A program made the position numbers and the translations under genes. 64,000 nt of DNA from Escherichia phage vB_EcoM_JN03: the sequence record OR885871; one strand, written 5' to 3'. Shown piece by piece: positions 9,867 through 20,232 of this stretch (the first letter of the stretch is position 1; each line of letters begins with the position of its first letter). The notes beneath the pieces are model-generated. The model was not told the DNA's origin and did no database searches. It was given only the letters and a program-made list of their open reading frames with translations.

Positions 9867-10355
9867 ATGGCTACTACCAAAACTCTGATCACCAACGGCA
9901 CCATCTCTTTTGAACTGAACACCGAAGTTGCAAAAGTTGAAATGTTCCGCATCGCTCAGGCAGCTGGCTTCACTGGTGGCAAAACTTCCTTCATGAATCT
10001 GCTGAACGGCAAAGTGAAAGCGACCAACGGCTTCACCCTGGTAGAGCAGGTTGTCGTAGACAAAGCCGTGGTTGCCAAGACTGCTGACAAGGTTGGCATG
10101 CTGAAAGACCTGGGCCATGACATCCACGTTGTCGAAGCGAACACCGAAACTTACGGCACCATCGTAGTCGGTAAAGGTCGCATTCAGCTGAACCCGCTGA
10201 ACAACGGAACCTTCTCCGTGATGGTATTCCCGAAAAAGGGTTATGACAACAGCGATATCGTGAAAGCCGCTGGCGGTGAAGCGAAATCCCAGTATGTCAA
10301 AATGGGTAAACTGAGCGCCGACGCAGTAGAAACTCTGGTGAACAAACTGGCTTAA
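9867..10355 (+). CDS. hypothetical protein (N-terminus MATTKTL), likely abundant
   Basis: RBS GAGGA 7 nt upstream of ATG 9867; preceded by partial duplicate of its initiation region; ORF-track start 9831 is GTG. Confidence 0.5.
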   Translation: MATTKTLITNGTISFELNTEVAKVEMFRIAQAAGFTGGKTSFMNLLNGKVKATNGFTLVEQVVVDKAVVAKTADKVGMLKDLGHDIHVVEANTETYGTIVVGKGRIQLNPLNNGTFSVMVFPKKGYDNSDIVKAAGGEAKSQYVKMGKLSADAVETLVNKLA

Positions 10356-10361
10356 CCGCAA

Positions 10362-10385
10362 GGGGGAAACCTCCCCCTTTCAAAG
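10362..10385 (+). terminator. rho-independent terminator
   Basis: GGGGGA-AACC-TCCCCC then T-run. Confidence 0.6.
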
Positions 10386-10405
10386 TTTTGGTAGGAGAAT
10401 GAGAC

Positions 10406-10594
10406 ATGAGTAGAGCAATTATCCAAGCCTCTCCTGGCGCTCTATGGGTTGCCGACCGAATTCCCAACGCGCACTTTCCTCAGTTCCAAGAGGAACTGGA
10501 ACAAGCGATGTTGAAAATATTTGAAAAATATGGGTATGATTCCGAAGTTAGGACTTCCTTCAAAGAAATCATGCCTATCGTCGTAGTCAGATAA
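10406..10594 (+). CDS. hypothetical protein
   Basis: RBS AGGAG upstream of ATG. Confidence 0.35.
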   Translation: MSRAIIQASPGALWVADRIPNAHFPQFQEELEQAMLKIFEKYGYDSEVRTSFKEIMPIVVVR

Positions 10595-10663
10595 TCGACA
10601 CTAAATCCTCAAGTTCGACTTTCACTTTAAATACCTTCGCATACATTGCGGAGGTATTTTCTT

Positions 10664-11458
10664 ATGGCCATTCTAAAACTTGGCAACCGAGGTTCTGAAG
10701 TCAAAGCACTTCAACAAAGCCTCAACAAAATCGGTTTCTCCCTTACAGCCGATGGCATATTTGGTAAGGCAACAGAGAATGCTGTCAAATCCGTTCAGGC
10801 AGGTGCTGGATTGGTTATTGATGGTATTGCTGGGCCAAAGACCTTCTATGCTATCCGCAACGCTGGAGACGCTCATCAGGAACATCTGACCGAAGCGGAC
10901 TTGGTTGACGCAGCACGTGAACTTGGTGTTGAGCTGGCCAGTATGAAAGCTGTGAATCAGGTAGAATCCCGTGGCACAGGTTTTACCAAAACTGGCAAGA
11001 TCAAAACTCTGTTTGAGCGCCACATCATGTACAAAAAGGTGACGGCCAAATTCGGGCAAGCAAGAGCCAATGCTCTGTACCAACTCTACCCAACATTGGT
11101 TAACCCCAATTCTGGCGGGTATATCGGCGGAGACGCGGAGTTGGAACGCCTTCAGGGTGCAATCGCCCTTGACGAGGACTGCGCTTACGAGAGTGCTTCC
11201 TACGGCCTATTCCAGATCATGGGGTTCAACTGCCAAATCTGTGGCTATTCAAATGCCAAAGAGATGTTCACTGATTTCCTGACTGGTGAACGCGCTCATC
11301 TTCTGGCATTTGTGAAATTCATCAAAGCTGACGCCAATATGTGGAAAGCCCTGAAGAATAAGAATTGGGCCGAGTTTGCTCGTCGGTACAATGGTCCGGC
11401 ATATGCGAAAAACCAGTATGATACTAAACTGGCGGCAGCATACAAGAGTTTCTGCTAA
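10664..11458 (+). CDS. endolysin: peptidoglycan-binding domain plus muramidase-like (DUF3380-type) domain
   Basis: N-terminal LKLGNRGSEVKALQ...DGIFG...TENAVKSVQ; C-terminal ESRGTGF / YGLFQIMG; RBS GGAGG before ATG 10664. Confidence 0.7.
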   Translation: MAILKLGNRGSEVKALQQSLNKIGFSLTADGIFGKATENAVKSVQAGAGLVIDGIAGPKTFYAIRNAGDAHQEHLTEADLVDAARELGVELASMKAVNQVESRGTGFTKTGKIKTLFERHIMYKKVTAKFGQARANALYQLYPTLVNPNSGGYIGGDAELERLQGAIALDEDCAYESASYGLFQIMGFNCQICGYSNAKEMFTDFLTGERAHLLAFVKFIKADANMWKALKNKNWAEFARRYNGPAYAKNQYDTKLAAAYKSFC

Positions 11459-11463
11459 TTCTC

Positions 11464-11490
11464 AAGGCCGGAAACGGCCTTTTTCTTTAT
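11464..11490 (+). terminator. rho-independent terminator
   Basis: AAGGCCG-GAAA-CGGCCTT then TTTTCTTT. Confidence 0.65.
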
Positions 11491-11565
11491 CTGATATACA
11501 GGTATGCTGGGCGTGTCGCTTAATTAAAGGTGTCGACAACCCCTGTAGATATAGGAAGGTTCAAC

Positions 11566-12405
11566 ATGCAATCTGCGTCTAAAGTTGTATCCATGAAGCC
11601 AGCGAAGACAAAATCTGCTCGTAAGAAAGACACCATCCAGAAGGAAGAAGACTGGATGAAGTTTTCCAAAGGCGATTTCAAAATTGCTCCGTTCAATGGC
11701 CTCTCAGAAAATCAGAACCTCGCATATCAATCCGCACTCAATGAACATCTCACTATCGCTATCGGTCCGGCAGGTACAGGCAAATCCTATTGTGGTGCAT
11801 CTGCTGCAGCAAAACATCTGATTGACAAAACCATCAACAAGATTATCATCACGCGTTCTCCCCTTCCAACTGGCACCACAGCAGGGTTCCGGCCTGGTGA
11901 CACATATGAAAAGCTGATGCCTTATTTGATGCCGCTCATACAGACATTCAAAAAGGTTCTCAAAACAGATACGGGTTCCGACGGTTTCTTCAACTATCTG
12001 TGGGAGAAACGCATCATAGAAATTCAAGACCTTGAAACTGTAAAGGGGATGACTTTCGATGATTGTTTCCTGATTATCGAAGAAGCGCAGGAATGCGATA
12101 TGGAGCAGCTGAAAAACTTGTTGACTCGTGCTTCAGATTCTTCGTACATCTTCGTGAATGGAGATATCAAACAGTCTAACAAGCGATTGCGTGATAGTGC
12201 GTTACAGACGTATGTAGATTCCTTTAAAGACTTCAACAATAAGCTGGAAACAGGTTCCTTGCAAATTGACGGTGTAGAAATCGGAGATGAATATCCAGAG
12301 TGGGTTCAACCATTCAGCATCATCGAATTCGATAAGTCTGATCGTAATGGTCGCGGCAACTTCACCCGCCTGATGTTAGAAATTAACGACCTGTACAACA
12401 TTTAA
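11566..12405 (+). CDS. phoH: PhoH-like ATPase
   Basis: Walker A GPAGTGKSY; RBS AGGAAGG before ATG 11566. Confidence 0.7.
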   Translation: MQSASKVVSMKPAKTKSARKKDTIQKEEDWMKFSKGDFKIAPFNGLSENQNLAYQSALNEHLTIAIGPAGTGKSYCGASAAAKHLIDKTINKIIITRSPLPTGTTAGFRPGDTYEKLMPYLMPLIQTFKKVLKTDTGSDGFFNYLWEKRIIEIQDLETVKGMTFDDCFLIIEEAQECDMEQLKNLLTRASDSSYIFVNGDIKQSNKRLRDSALQTYVDSFKDFNNKLETGSLQIDGVEIGDEYPEWVQPFSIIEFDKSDRNGRGNFTRLMLEINDLYNI

Positions 12406-12487
12406 GTAACTCACCAACTTCCCCGCCGCCTTCAATCCACGAGGGCGGCGTATAATAAAACCTGCGTAAACAAACCCGAGGAACACC

Positions 12488-14764
12488 ATGATTAACGTTA
12501 TTAAACGTGACGGATCTTCTGTCCCCTTTGATATTGAAAGACCCCACACTGTTCTGGAACGCGCATGCGACGGATTGACGGGCGTCTCAATGTCAGAAGT
12601 GATTGCTGCATCGAAGATTCAGTTCACCGACAACATGAGAACAGATCGCATTCAGGATATCATTATCCAAGCTGCGGCCACCTTAATTTCTGTTGATAAA
12701 CCCAATTATCAATATGTTGCTGCCCGCCTGAAGTCGTATGACCTGCGAAAGGTTGTCTATGGTCAATACAAGCCACCTCATTTGCTGGATATCTTTGCAA
12801 AGAACACCAAGCTGGGTGTTTATGACCGCGAATTCCTCGAACTTTACTCTAAAGAAGAATTCGAAGAACTTAACACAGTCATCAACCACAAACGCGACAA
12901 GAATTTCACTTGGGCAGCAATGGGCCAGCTGACTCAAAAATATCTTTTGCGTGATCGTTCTTCTGACAGCAAAGTGTATTATGAAACCCCTCAAGTCATG
13001 TACATGGCAATCGCTATGGCATTATTCTCAGCGTGGGATAAAGAAAGCAGACTGACAATGGTGAAGAAGTTCTATGAATACGCCAGTACAGGCAAATTCA
13101 GTCTTCCAACACCTATTATGTCCGGCGTCCGCACCCCGACCCGACAGTTCAGCTCTTGTGTATTGATCAAAACTGGTGATACATTGGACTCAATTAATGC
13201 CACTGCGAAAAGCATCGTGGATTATGTTTCCAAACGTGCTGGCATCGGATTCGATGTTGGGGCAATTCGTGGCATCGGTAGCCCTATCCGTAAAGGGGAA
13301 ATGGTCCATACAGGTCTGGTTCCATTCATCAAGTATTTGACTGGTGCCCTGAAGTCTTGCTCTCAAGGCGGTATCCGTGGTGGATCGGCAACATGCTATG
13401 TTCCCATCTGGCATTATCAATTTGATGATGTCGTTGTTCTCAAAAACAACCGTGGATTGGAAGAGAACCGTGAACGCCGTATCGACTATGGGATTCAGAT
13501 TAACCGCGTCATGTTCGAGCGCCTGGTGAACAAACAGCCTCTATACCTGTTTGATCCAAAAGACAACCGCGAAATGTATGAAGCATTTTTCGCAGACGTC
13601 AATAAATTCCGCGAAATGTACGACAATATGATCAAGGCCGCCGACGCCGGATTATGTCGTTCCAAAAAGCTGCAAGCTGAAGAAGTGTTCCAAATGCTAC
13701 TAGACCAGCGTTCTGACACTGGACGGATCTACATCGCATTCGTTGATCACATGAACGAGTATAGTCCGTTCAATTTGGACACGATTTATAGCTCTAATCT
13801 GTGTTTAGAAATCGCGCTTCCGACTCGTGAGTTCCAACAGTATGATGATGAAGATGGTCGCATTGCCCTGTGTACACTCGCATCATTTAACCTGACGGCA
13901 TTTGAAGATCCAACAGAAATGGAAGATGTTGCTTTCGTTCTGGTTTCAGCTTTGGATATGTTGTTGGAATATCAGGACTATCCAGCTCGCCAAGCCCGTT
14001 TGGCCGTAGAAGAATATCGTCCTCTGGGTATCGGTATCGTCAACGTCGCACATTTCCTGGCCAAGAATTTCACGGGTTATGGATCGCCTATCGGATTAGA
14101 ACTTCTAGACAAGTGGATGGCGCATCTTCATTTCTACTTGGTCAAAGCGTCCAACCGTCTGGCCATGCGTTTCGGATCTTGTAAGAAATCAACTATCCAT
14201 GATTCCGGATTTGTAACAGCCGACCTTCAGCCTCTCCCGCTGGACATCCTACCCAATGGCAAAAAGCCTGTTGGGCAAGCCTATGGTCTTGACTGGGAAG
14301 GTCTTAAGCAGAACCTATCCGAGTATGGGATCCGTAACGCCACGTTGTTAGCCGTAGCACCAACTGAAAGCTCCTCTCAGGTGCTGAACGCAACGAACGG
14401 TATAGAGCCACCAAAAGGTCTCATCAGCATCAAAGGCAGCAAGGACGGCGTCTATAAACAGATCGTTCCGGATGTAGAAGCCCTTGGTCCTCTATATGAC
14501 CTGAAATGGAATCTGGATTGTATTGAATACCTGAAGACGGCTGCGGTCATACAACGTTGGGTAGATCAATCTATCAGTACCAACACATGGTATGACCCAG
14601 AGAAATATCCAGAAGGCAAGATCCCGCGCTCTCTTATGATGCAGGATATTCTGTCTTTCTACATGTGGGGTGGTAAAACTCTGTATTACAACACCAACAA
14701 AGACTCCAAGGAAGATGAAGAGTTGAAACAAGTTGAAGAAATTTGTGATACCTGTGTTGTTTGA
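12488..14764 (+). CDS. nrdA: ribonucleotide reductase large subunit (class I)
   Basis: 758 aa; active-site NLCLEIALP; directly upstream of small subunit. Confidence 0.85.
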   Translation: MINVIKRDGSSVPFDIERPHTVLERACDGLTGVSMSEVIAASKIQFTDNMRTDRIQDIIIQAAATLISVDKPNYQYVAARLKSYDLRKVVYGQYKPPHLLDIFAKNTKLGVYDREFLELYSKEEFEELNTVINHKRDKNFTWAAMGQLTQKYLLRDRSSDSKVYYETPQVMYMAIAMALFSAWDKESRLTMVKKFYEYASTGKFSLPTPIMSGVRTPTRQFSSCVLIKTGDTLDSINATAKSIVDYVSKRAGIGFDVGAIRGIGSPIRKGEMVHTGLVPFIKYLTGALKSCSQGGIRGGSATCYVPIWHYQFDDVVVLKNNRGLEENRERRIDYGIQINRVMFERLVNKQPLYLFDPKDNREMYEAFFADVNKFREMYDNMIKAADAGLCRSKKLQAEEVFQMLLDQRSDTGRIYIAFVDHMNEYSPFNLDTIYSSNLCLEIALPTREFQQYDDEDGRIALCTLASFNLTAFEDPTEMEDVAFVLVSALDMLLEYQDYPARQARLAVEEYRPLGIGIVNVAHFLAKNFTGYGSPIGLELLDKWMAHLHFYLVKASNRLAMRFGSCKKSTIHDSGFVTADLQPLPLDILPNGKKPVGQAYGLDWEGLKQNLSEYGIRNATLLAVAPTESSSQVLNATNGIEPPKGLISIKGSKDGVYKQIVPDVEALGPLYDLKWNLDCIEYLKTAAVIQRWVDQSISTNTWYDPEKYPEGKIPRSLMMQDILSFYMWGGKTLYYNTNKDSKEDEELKQVEEICDTCVV

Positions 14765-14834
14765 TTAGGTCTATACAACACAAACGTTTAATATCAGGGG
14801 TGATTCGTCACCCCTTATTCATCAGGAAAGAAAC

Positions 14835-15938
14835 ATGAACGAACAAAAGAAATTTTCAGTATTTGACCCATCTTCAGATAATACAGGTTTGCCGTTCTTT
14901 GGCGACCCTGTGAGCATTCAGCGCTATGACAAAGTCGCATGGCCTTTTGTACAGAAATGGTATGAAAAAGGTCTTAGTCAATTCTGGCGTCCGGAAGAAG
15001 TAGACGTGACCAAAGACAAAGCCGACTTCGCCACCCTGACTGAAGCCGAGAAGCACATCTACTTCTCCAACCTGAAACGTCAGGTCATGTTGGACTCTAT
15101 TCAGGGTGCCGCCCCCGACGAGGCGTTTAAGGTGTGGACTTCAACGCCTGAAATACAGTTCGCTGTACAGGAATGGTGTCGACAGGAATCTATTCACTCC
15201 CTGTCGTACACGCACATCCTGCGCAATACGGTGAACGACCCTGGTATCGTGTTTGACCACCTCTTGGACGTTGCCGAAATCGTAGACTGTGCCAAGCAGA
15301 TCAGCACCTACTACGACGACATGATCACGTACAGCGGCATGCGTATGGCTGGACGCGCGTTCACCCGTGAAGACATCATGAACGCCAAGCGTGCATTCTG
15401 GCGTGCTCTGTTTGCTGCTAACTCCCTCGAAGGCGTCCGTTTCTATGTTTCATTTGCGTGTTCTTGGGCTTTCATGCAATTCCTCAACAAAATGGAAGGC
15501 AACGCTAAAATCATTCGTCAGATTGCTCGTGATGAGCAAGATCACCTCATCCTGACCCAGACTTTCCTGAACCGTCTGCCACTGATGGACCCTGATTTTG
15601 CCATTATTAGAGAAGAACTGCGCGGCGAAATGACCCAGATGTATGTCGACGTTGTCAACCAAGAAAAAGAATGGGCGAATTATCTGTTCAAAGACGGCTC
15701 AATGCTGGGACTGAATGCCAATATCCTTCATCAAATGGTGGACTGGTTGGCAACACACCGTATGGGAGCCATTGGCCACCCATATCCAGGACAAGCCCGT
15801 AAAGACAATCCGGTGCCATGGATAAATGAGTGGCTAGATAATAAAACAATGCAATATGCATTACAGGAAGCGGAAGCCCCTGATTATCTGACTGGTGTCC
15901 TTACTGGATCAGTCTCCGACGGTCTGAAATTTGCCTAA
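14835..15938 (+). CDS. nrdB: ribonucleotide reductase small subunit
   Basis: 367 aa; di-iron ligand-type QESIHS motif; adjacent to nrdA. Confidence 0.8.
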   Translation: MNEQKKFSVFDPSSDNTGLPFFGDPVSIQRYDKVAWPFVQKWYEKGLSQFWRPEEVDVTKDKADFATLTEAEKHIYFSNLKRQVMLDSIQGAAPDEAFKVWTSTPEIQFAVQEWCRQESIHSLSYTHILRNTVNDPGIVFDHLLDVAEIVDCAKQISTYYDDMITYSGMRMAGRAFTREDIMNAKRAFWRALFAANSLEGVRFYVSFACSWAFMQFLNKMEGNAKIIRQIARDEQDHLILTQTFLNRLPLMDPDFAIIREELRGEMTQMYVDVVNQEKEWANYLFKDGSMLGLNANILHQMVDWLATHRMGAIGHPYPGQARKDNPVPWINEWLDNKTMQYALQEAEAPDYLTGVLTGSVSDGLKFA

Positions 15939-15947
15939 AGGTGAGAA

Positions 15948-16172
15948 ATGATTACGATTTATTCCAAACAAGGTTGTGCGCAATGTTTACAAGCTGAAAA
16001 CATCTGTCGCATTCGCGGTATTGAACACCAAATTCTGAAGCTAGACAAAGACTACAAGCTGGAAGAATTACAGAAAATCACTGGTAAGCAACGCATGTCT
16101 ATGCCCGTGATTGTTCTGGCTGACCAAACCGTGACCGACGTTACTGGACTCGCCGCAAGTTTGAAACGCTGA
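15948..16172 (+). CDS. glutaredoxin/NrdH-like redoxin
   Basis: 74 aa with CAQC redox motif immediately after nrdB. Confidence 0.6.
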   Translation: MITIYSKQGCAQCLQAENICRIRGIEHQILKLDKDYKLEELQKITGKQRMSMPVIVLADQTVTDVTGLAASLKR

Positions 16173-16179
16173 TCTTTCA

Positions 16180-16207
16180 AAGCCCCTAACCCAGGGGCTT
16201 TACTTTT
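16180..16207 (+). terminator. rho-independent terminator
   Basis: AAGCCCCT-loop-AGGGGCTT then T-rich. Confidence 0.55.
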
Positions 16208-16274
16208 CAAAAACCTGGTTTATAGTATTCTAGGTCACGGCAACAACGCCACATTTGACCAGAAGGACTATATC

Positions 16275-16661
16275 ATGTATCTGAACACACCAGCCGTATT
16301 AGAAGCCACCATCTCTTTCCCTATCCAAGGCCTGGCGAAGTCCAGAGCGTTCCTTAAACAAGTCCCCTTTGCGTTTAACGTCCACGGGGAGAGATACCCG
16401 CGCTCTATCCTGCGTGCCCTGCGTGATGCCCTGCGTAACGGGGCGGCGCTGACCAAGGAAGAGTTGCGATCTAAAGAAGTGCACATGATCGACCCGGAAC
16501 TGTTATCTGAAGAACCAGAACTGTACCAAGATTTCCAAAACGACGCCCGTAAAGCTCAGCTGATGTACGAGAACGACCAGCTGATGTTCAAGAAGGGCGA
16601 TGACGCTCTGTACGTGGTAGACAAGGGCACAAACCTGCCTCTGGTACTCTTCATCAAGTAA
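16275..16661 (+). CDS. hypothetical protein
   Basis: ATG ORF followed by terminator. Confidence 0.4.
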   Translation: MYLNTPAVLEATISFPIQGLAKSRAFLKQVPFAFNVHGERYPRSILRALRDALRNGAALTKEELRSKEVHMIDPELLSEEPELYQDFQNDARKAQLMYENDQLMFKKGDDALYVVDKGTNLPLVLFIK

Positions 16662-16668
16662 CCCGACC

Positions 16669-16695
16669 AGCCCCTCATCGAGGGGCTTTACTTCT
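16669..16695 (+). terminator. rho-independent terminator
   Basis: AGCCCCTC-ATCG-GAGGGGCT then T-rich. Confidence 0.55.
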
Positions 16696-16765
16696 ATAAA
16701 TCCTGCGCTTATACTTCCCAGTAATTCATTGGCCAACGCCACAAATTGAAAGCGGGTACTACATC

Positions 16766-17008
16766 ATGACCAACTCTGAAATATATCATGCTTCTATGCA
16801 TTATCACGACCTACGCGCCCGTCCAGGACACGCCAAACAAAAAGCATTCTGGGTGGCAGAACTCAGATTACGCCGTGCTGTCGTTAACCACCAAATAATC
16901 ATGAACCGAAGCAATGAAAAATCTCCTCTGTTAGCCGATTCTTATCTTGAACTCCGTACAGCTTATGAACAAGCCTCGGAGCACGTAATAGGGGCACAAA
17001 ATGTCTAA
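16766..17008 (+). CDS. hypothetical protein
   Basis: Small ORF in tightly coupled run. Confidence 0.35.
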   Translation: MTNSEIYHASMHYHDLRARPGHAKQKAFWVAELRLRRAVVNHQIIMNRSNEKSPLLADSYLELRTAYEQASEHVIGAQNV

Positions 17009-17462
17009 CAAATTACTGACCAACCCTCGTCACAACTTCGGTTACATCCAATTGCCTGAAGTGATCGATACGTTATTCCCAGAAGACAAGGAAGAAGTTT
17101 GTTGGGCACCAGCGACTCTTATTGAACGCGAAATTTTCAAATCTGAAGTAGACGTGATGTTCCGCATCGGTTCATCCGGAGACCTCCATTATTTGGGGAA
17201 AGTGACCGAGTTAAAGACCTGCCATGCTCAAAGATTTTTGCGCATTGACACCACTCAATGTGAAGACTTTTCATTCAGCATTCTGCGTGAATATGTTCAG
17301 GTCAACCGTCCTGTGTATCAACACCGTCCTTATTTGACGTCGATGCATATAGACAATTATATTTCTGACATTCATTTACGTGCATCAACTATCCATGAAG
17401 AAGATTCTGGTGTCGCGGTTGATACAGTACTCAACATGATTGTGATTACGTTGGTGCCATGA
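17001..17462 (+). CDS. hypothetical protein
   Basis: Overlaps upstream stop. Confidence 0.35.
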   Translation: MSNKLLTNPRHNFGYIQLPEVIDTLFPEDKEEVCWAPATLIEREIFKSEVDVMFRIGSSGDLHYLGKVTELKTCHAQRFLRIDTTQCEDFSFSILREYVQVNRPVYQHRPYLTSMHIDNYISDIHLRASTIHEEDSGVAVDTVLNMIVITLVP

Positions 17463-17463
17463 T

Positions 17464-17802
17464 ATGTATAAATTCCCGATATTAGAGACGGTGTATTCCG
17501 TCAATAACAAAGAAGAACCTTTATTTGAAAATTTAGATATCCTGTTAAAGGAAAGCGCACATATTCCTCTTGTCCTCAAAGGGAAAGAAATAGGGTACAG
17601 CCATGACTGTCAAATAATGCGTTCTGAAGGCAGTGATGTCCTGCGCATTCGTTTAACATTTGTGTTGACGGGGAGACTAGATGGTATGGTGGTTAACCTA
17701 AAGCCAACCACCATAGTCCATAGAATAGGTGGGAAATTACTGTACCGTTTACTGACGCATTTTGAAATAATTACCAACCGCTCCAATACCAACGCACCTT
17801 AA
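17464..17802 (+). CDS. hypothetical protein
   Basis: Start 1 nt after upstream stop. Confidence 0.35.
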   Translation: MYKFPILETVYSVNNKEEPLFENLDILLKESAHIPLVLKGKEIGYSHDCQIMRSEGSDVLRIRLTFVLTGRLDGMVVNLKPTTIVHRIGGKLLYRLLTHFEIITNRSNTNAP

Positions 17803-18183
17803 TCAGTTTGTGCGTTTTAACCATATGGTGTCTGTTATCGGCTCTGGGTTGTTGACCACATAGAACGTGATGGTTACGCCCAGAGAATGATAATCGTCCG
17901 ACAATGATACATCAACAGATTGCAATTCAGCTCTTGGCTCAAAAAGAGCAATGGCATCTTCAACTTTGTTCTTCACGTCGACCTGTATCGTGGGATTTGT
18001 GTTTTCTCCCAGCATGGTATACAACCCCGCCCCAATACTCGGATACGTCGGCCAATCACCTACCGTCGCCATCACTATATTACGCACAGATTGTAGTACA
18101 GCATAAATGCCTGTTTTCTTAGTGACATCTTTGGTGACCGGATGCATGCCAAACTTCAGGTCAATGTCCTTGTACTCTTTCAT
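17803..18183 (-). CDS. baseplate wedge protein (gp25/GPW-like), tentative
   Basis: About 126 aa, adjacent to hub protein; RBS AGGGG before ATG 18183. Confidence 0.4.
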   Translation of the reverse strand: MKEYKDIDLKFGMHPVTKDVTKKTGIYAVLQSVRNIVMATVGDWPTYPSIGAGLYTMLGENTNPTIQVDVKNKVEDAIALFEPRAELQSVDVSLSDDYHSLGVTITFYVVNNPEPITDTIWLKRTN

Positions 18184-18247
18184 GTTAAACCCCTTTGGAT
18201 ATTGCCTCTCCAGCACGAGAGGGCATTATCTGCCCTCACCAGTGTAA

Positions 18248-19873
18248 TCATGCGCCTTTACCACCAAAATTGCCGCCGTTATCCTCTAACTCCGGTTTTA
18301 TATCAATTGGACCTGGGCCTGTAGTTGTTACAGGAGTTGCCCCCGCACGTGAGGCGGCGCGGCCAGCGCCTTCAGCATATTTGATGTTGCCTTCAATAGT
18401 CTGCGCAACCGATAATTTATCGCAAATTATTTCAGTTGCCAGTATCTTAGGAACCTTCAAAGTGTTAGACACTTCAAACATTTCACAGATGAGACGCAAC
18501 ACGTTCTGTGCCTGTATCTCAGCCAATTGGGAAAATTTCATCAACGCCGTGCCAGCGACCACATTGGAGTAGTTAGAAGAGTGCAAGTGGTAAACTTCTC
18601 CTGTCTTACGCTGTACTTCAGTCCCGCCGATAGTCAGGTTATGATCGCGCCCCACATAATAACGTTTGTCAAACATCGTCAGATCATAATGATCTTTGAC
18701 TGATTTATTGACCACGTCCCCGTCAGGAAGCATCTGCTTATAAGACCCCGAGGAGTGCATCCAATGGAGACGTTCCCCGCCTGGAGTGTCATCGACCTCC
18801 ATAATATGCCCAGCTCGAGAAGCCATAACATTGTTGTATGGATAACGAGACCCTCCAGCCGAAGGAACCGATACCTCTCCTGTGTTGTCAATATCCTGAA
18901 CACGACCAGAAGGAGGCGGTGTTTCTTGGACTTTCGGGGTACGATCTGGAATAGGTTCAGACCATTTACCGTTTTGTTGTGCCGGAGCTGCTGAAGCTGT
19001 AGTTTCTGGACCTGGCCAACGATAACCCAACACGGATGAGCGGCTAAAACGGCTCACCTTCACCGAATCGGATTGGTTTCCCCCGATACACCAAACGTAG
19101 TTGGCGTCAAATTTCTGAACGAATGCAACGTGACCGAATGTCGGGTTGTTCCCGCGCCGGAACACTACAACAGCGCCGTAACGTGGTTCTGACAGAGGAG
19201 ATCCCCATTGTAGATATGAGCGAGCCAAAGCAGAACGTGTTGATGTATATCCGGCCTGTATCAGAACCCATCCAACAAACGACGCACACCAACTAACTTC
19301 ATCTTCTGAAGCCCCCAGGGAAGTTGTCTTATGATATTCCAATATCCTTGGGTTGTTATTGAACTTACCAGAATATTCTTTGACGCCCAATTCCCCACGA
19401 GCCACGGTCATCCACTTCTCAGGATCATATCCGCCTACTGGTGGTTGTGGATCCGGTTGCGGTTCATCCTCAATCTTAACAGGAACATTCTCGACGGCAT
19501 TATACTTCTGCCTTTCTATAGATTGAACGACCTGACCCAGCGCCAATGGGTTTGTATCTGACCCATCTGTTGGTGTTGCTGCTGGCCATACCCATGCAAT
19601 ACGGATGTTCTGATATGCTTCATCCAAAGCAAACCCCATGACGTCAGAGCCGACAGTGATACCCGTCGGAGACCAGCCTAAACCTGCCGAGGAGGCGTTA
19701 GATGCTGGCATAAGCATTTTACCCCAAGGCAATAATTCTGTAGGCAGGAGAGTGGTATCCTCCGTGTGTACCCCATAGATGCGTACTGCGACGCGCCCGT
19801 TTTGATCGGGATCATTCACGTCTTCAACGCGCCCGTAAAACCAACGCAAGTTGTCTAACATATTGAAACCCAT
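18248..19873 (-). CDS. baseplate hub/central spike protein with CHAP peptidoglycan hydrolase domain (gp5-like)
   Basis: N-terminal gp5-like OB-fold region; central CHAP-type Cys (WCASFVGW) and His (GHVAFV). Confidence 0.55.
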   Translation of the reverse strand: MGFNMLDNLRWFYGRVEDVNDPDQNGRVAVRIYGVHTEDTTLLPTELLPWGKMLMPASNASSAGLGWSPTGITVGSDVMGFALDEAYQNIRIAWVWPAATPTDGSDTNPLALGQVVQSIERQKYNAVENVPVKIEDEPQPDPQPPVGGYDPEKWMTVARGELGVKEYSGKFNNNPRILEYHKTTSLGASEDEVSWCASFVGWVLIQAGYTSTRSALARSYLQWGSPLSEPRYGAVVVFRRGNNPTFGHVAFVQKFDANYVWCIGGNQSDSVKVSRFSRSSVLGYRWPGPETTASAAPAQQNGKWSEPIPDRTPKVQETPPPSGRVQDIDNTGEVSVPSAGGSRYPYNNVMASRAGHIMEVDDTPGGERLHWMHSSGSYKQMLPDGDVVNKSVKDHYDLTMFDKRYYVGRDHNLTIGGTEVQRKTGEVYHLHSSNYSNVVAGTALMKFSQLAEIQAQNVLRLICEMFEVSNTLKVPKILATEIICDKLSVAQTIEGNIKYAEGAGRAASRAGATPVTTTGPGPIDIKPELEDNGGNFGGKGA

Positions 19874-20204
19874 TAGTCAATTAGAATCATGTGATATTTA
19901 TGGCGGGGATTTGAAATCTGTCGAATAATATATTATAGGAAGCTCTGCTTCCGTTCAACCTTTATTCTTTTCGTTCCTACTCGCTGAAGCTCGTAACACC
20001 GCCTTGACAGGCAGTCCCATTCCAATGCCATGGAGGCATAAAGGCGAGGAAAATACTGTACACCTCAGAACATGCGTAGAAAAGGATTATTTTTGCTTCA
20101 AAACAAATTCAAACCCCAATTGCACAACACTTACTTCAGCAACAACGGTGTTATAGCAATTTAAGGTTAAACGTTCCTGTCTTAACCTATAAAACAGGTA
20201 AGCA

Positions 20205-20232
20205 AAGAAAACCCCACATTACGTGGGGTTGG
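20205..20232 (-). terminator. rho-independent terminator
   Basis: CCCCAC/GTGGGG hairpin followed on minus strand by TTTTCTTT. Confidence 0.5.

Noticed and set aside
12683-15662. Several 60-100 aa ORFs inside or antisense to nrdA/nrdB
   Set aside because: Embedded in strongly supported long genes; typical shadow ORFs.
12488-15938. Possible group I intron or intein in the nrd genes, as in some T4-like phages
   Set aside because: Both ORFs are continuous at full expected length with no inserted block.
19903-19916. TTCAAATCCCCGCCA on the minus strand resembling a tRNA T-loop and 3' end
   Set aside because: No complementary T-stem 5' half or acceptor stem could be built around it.
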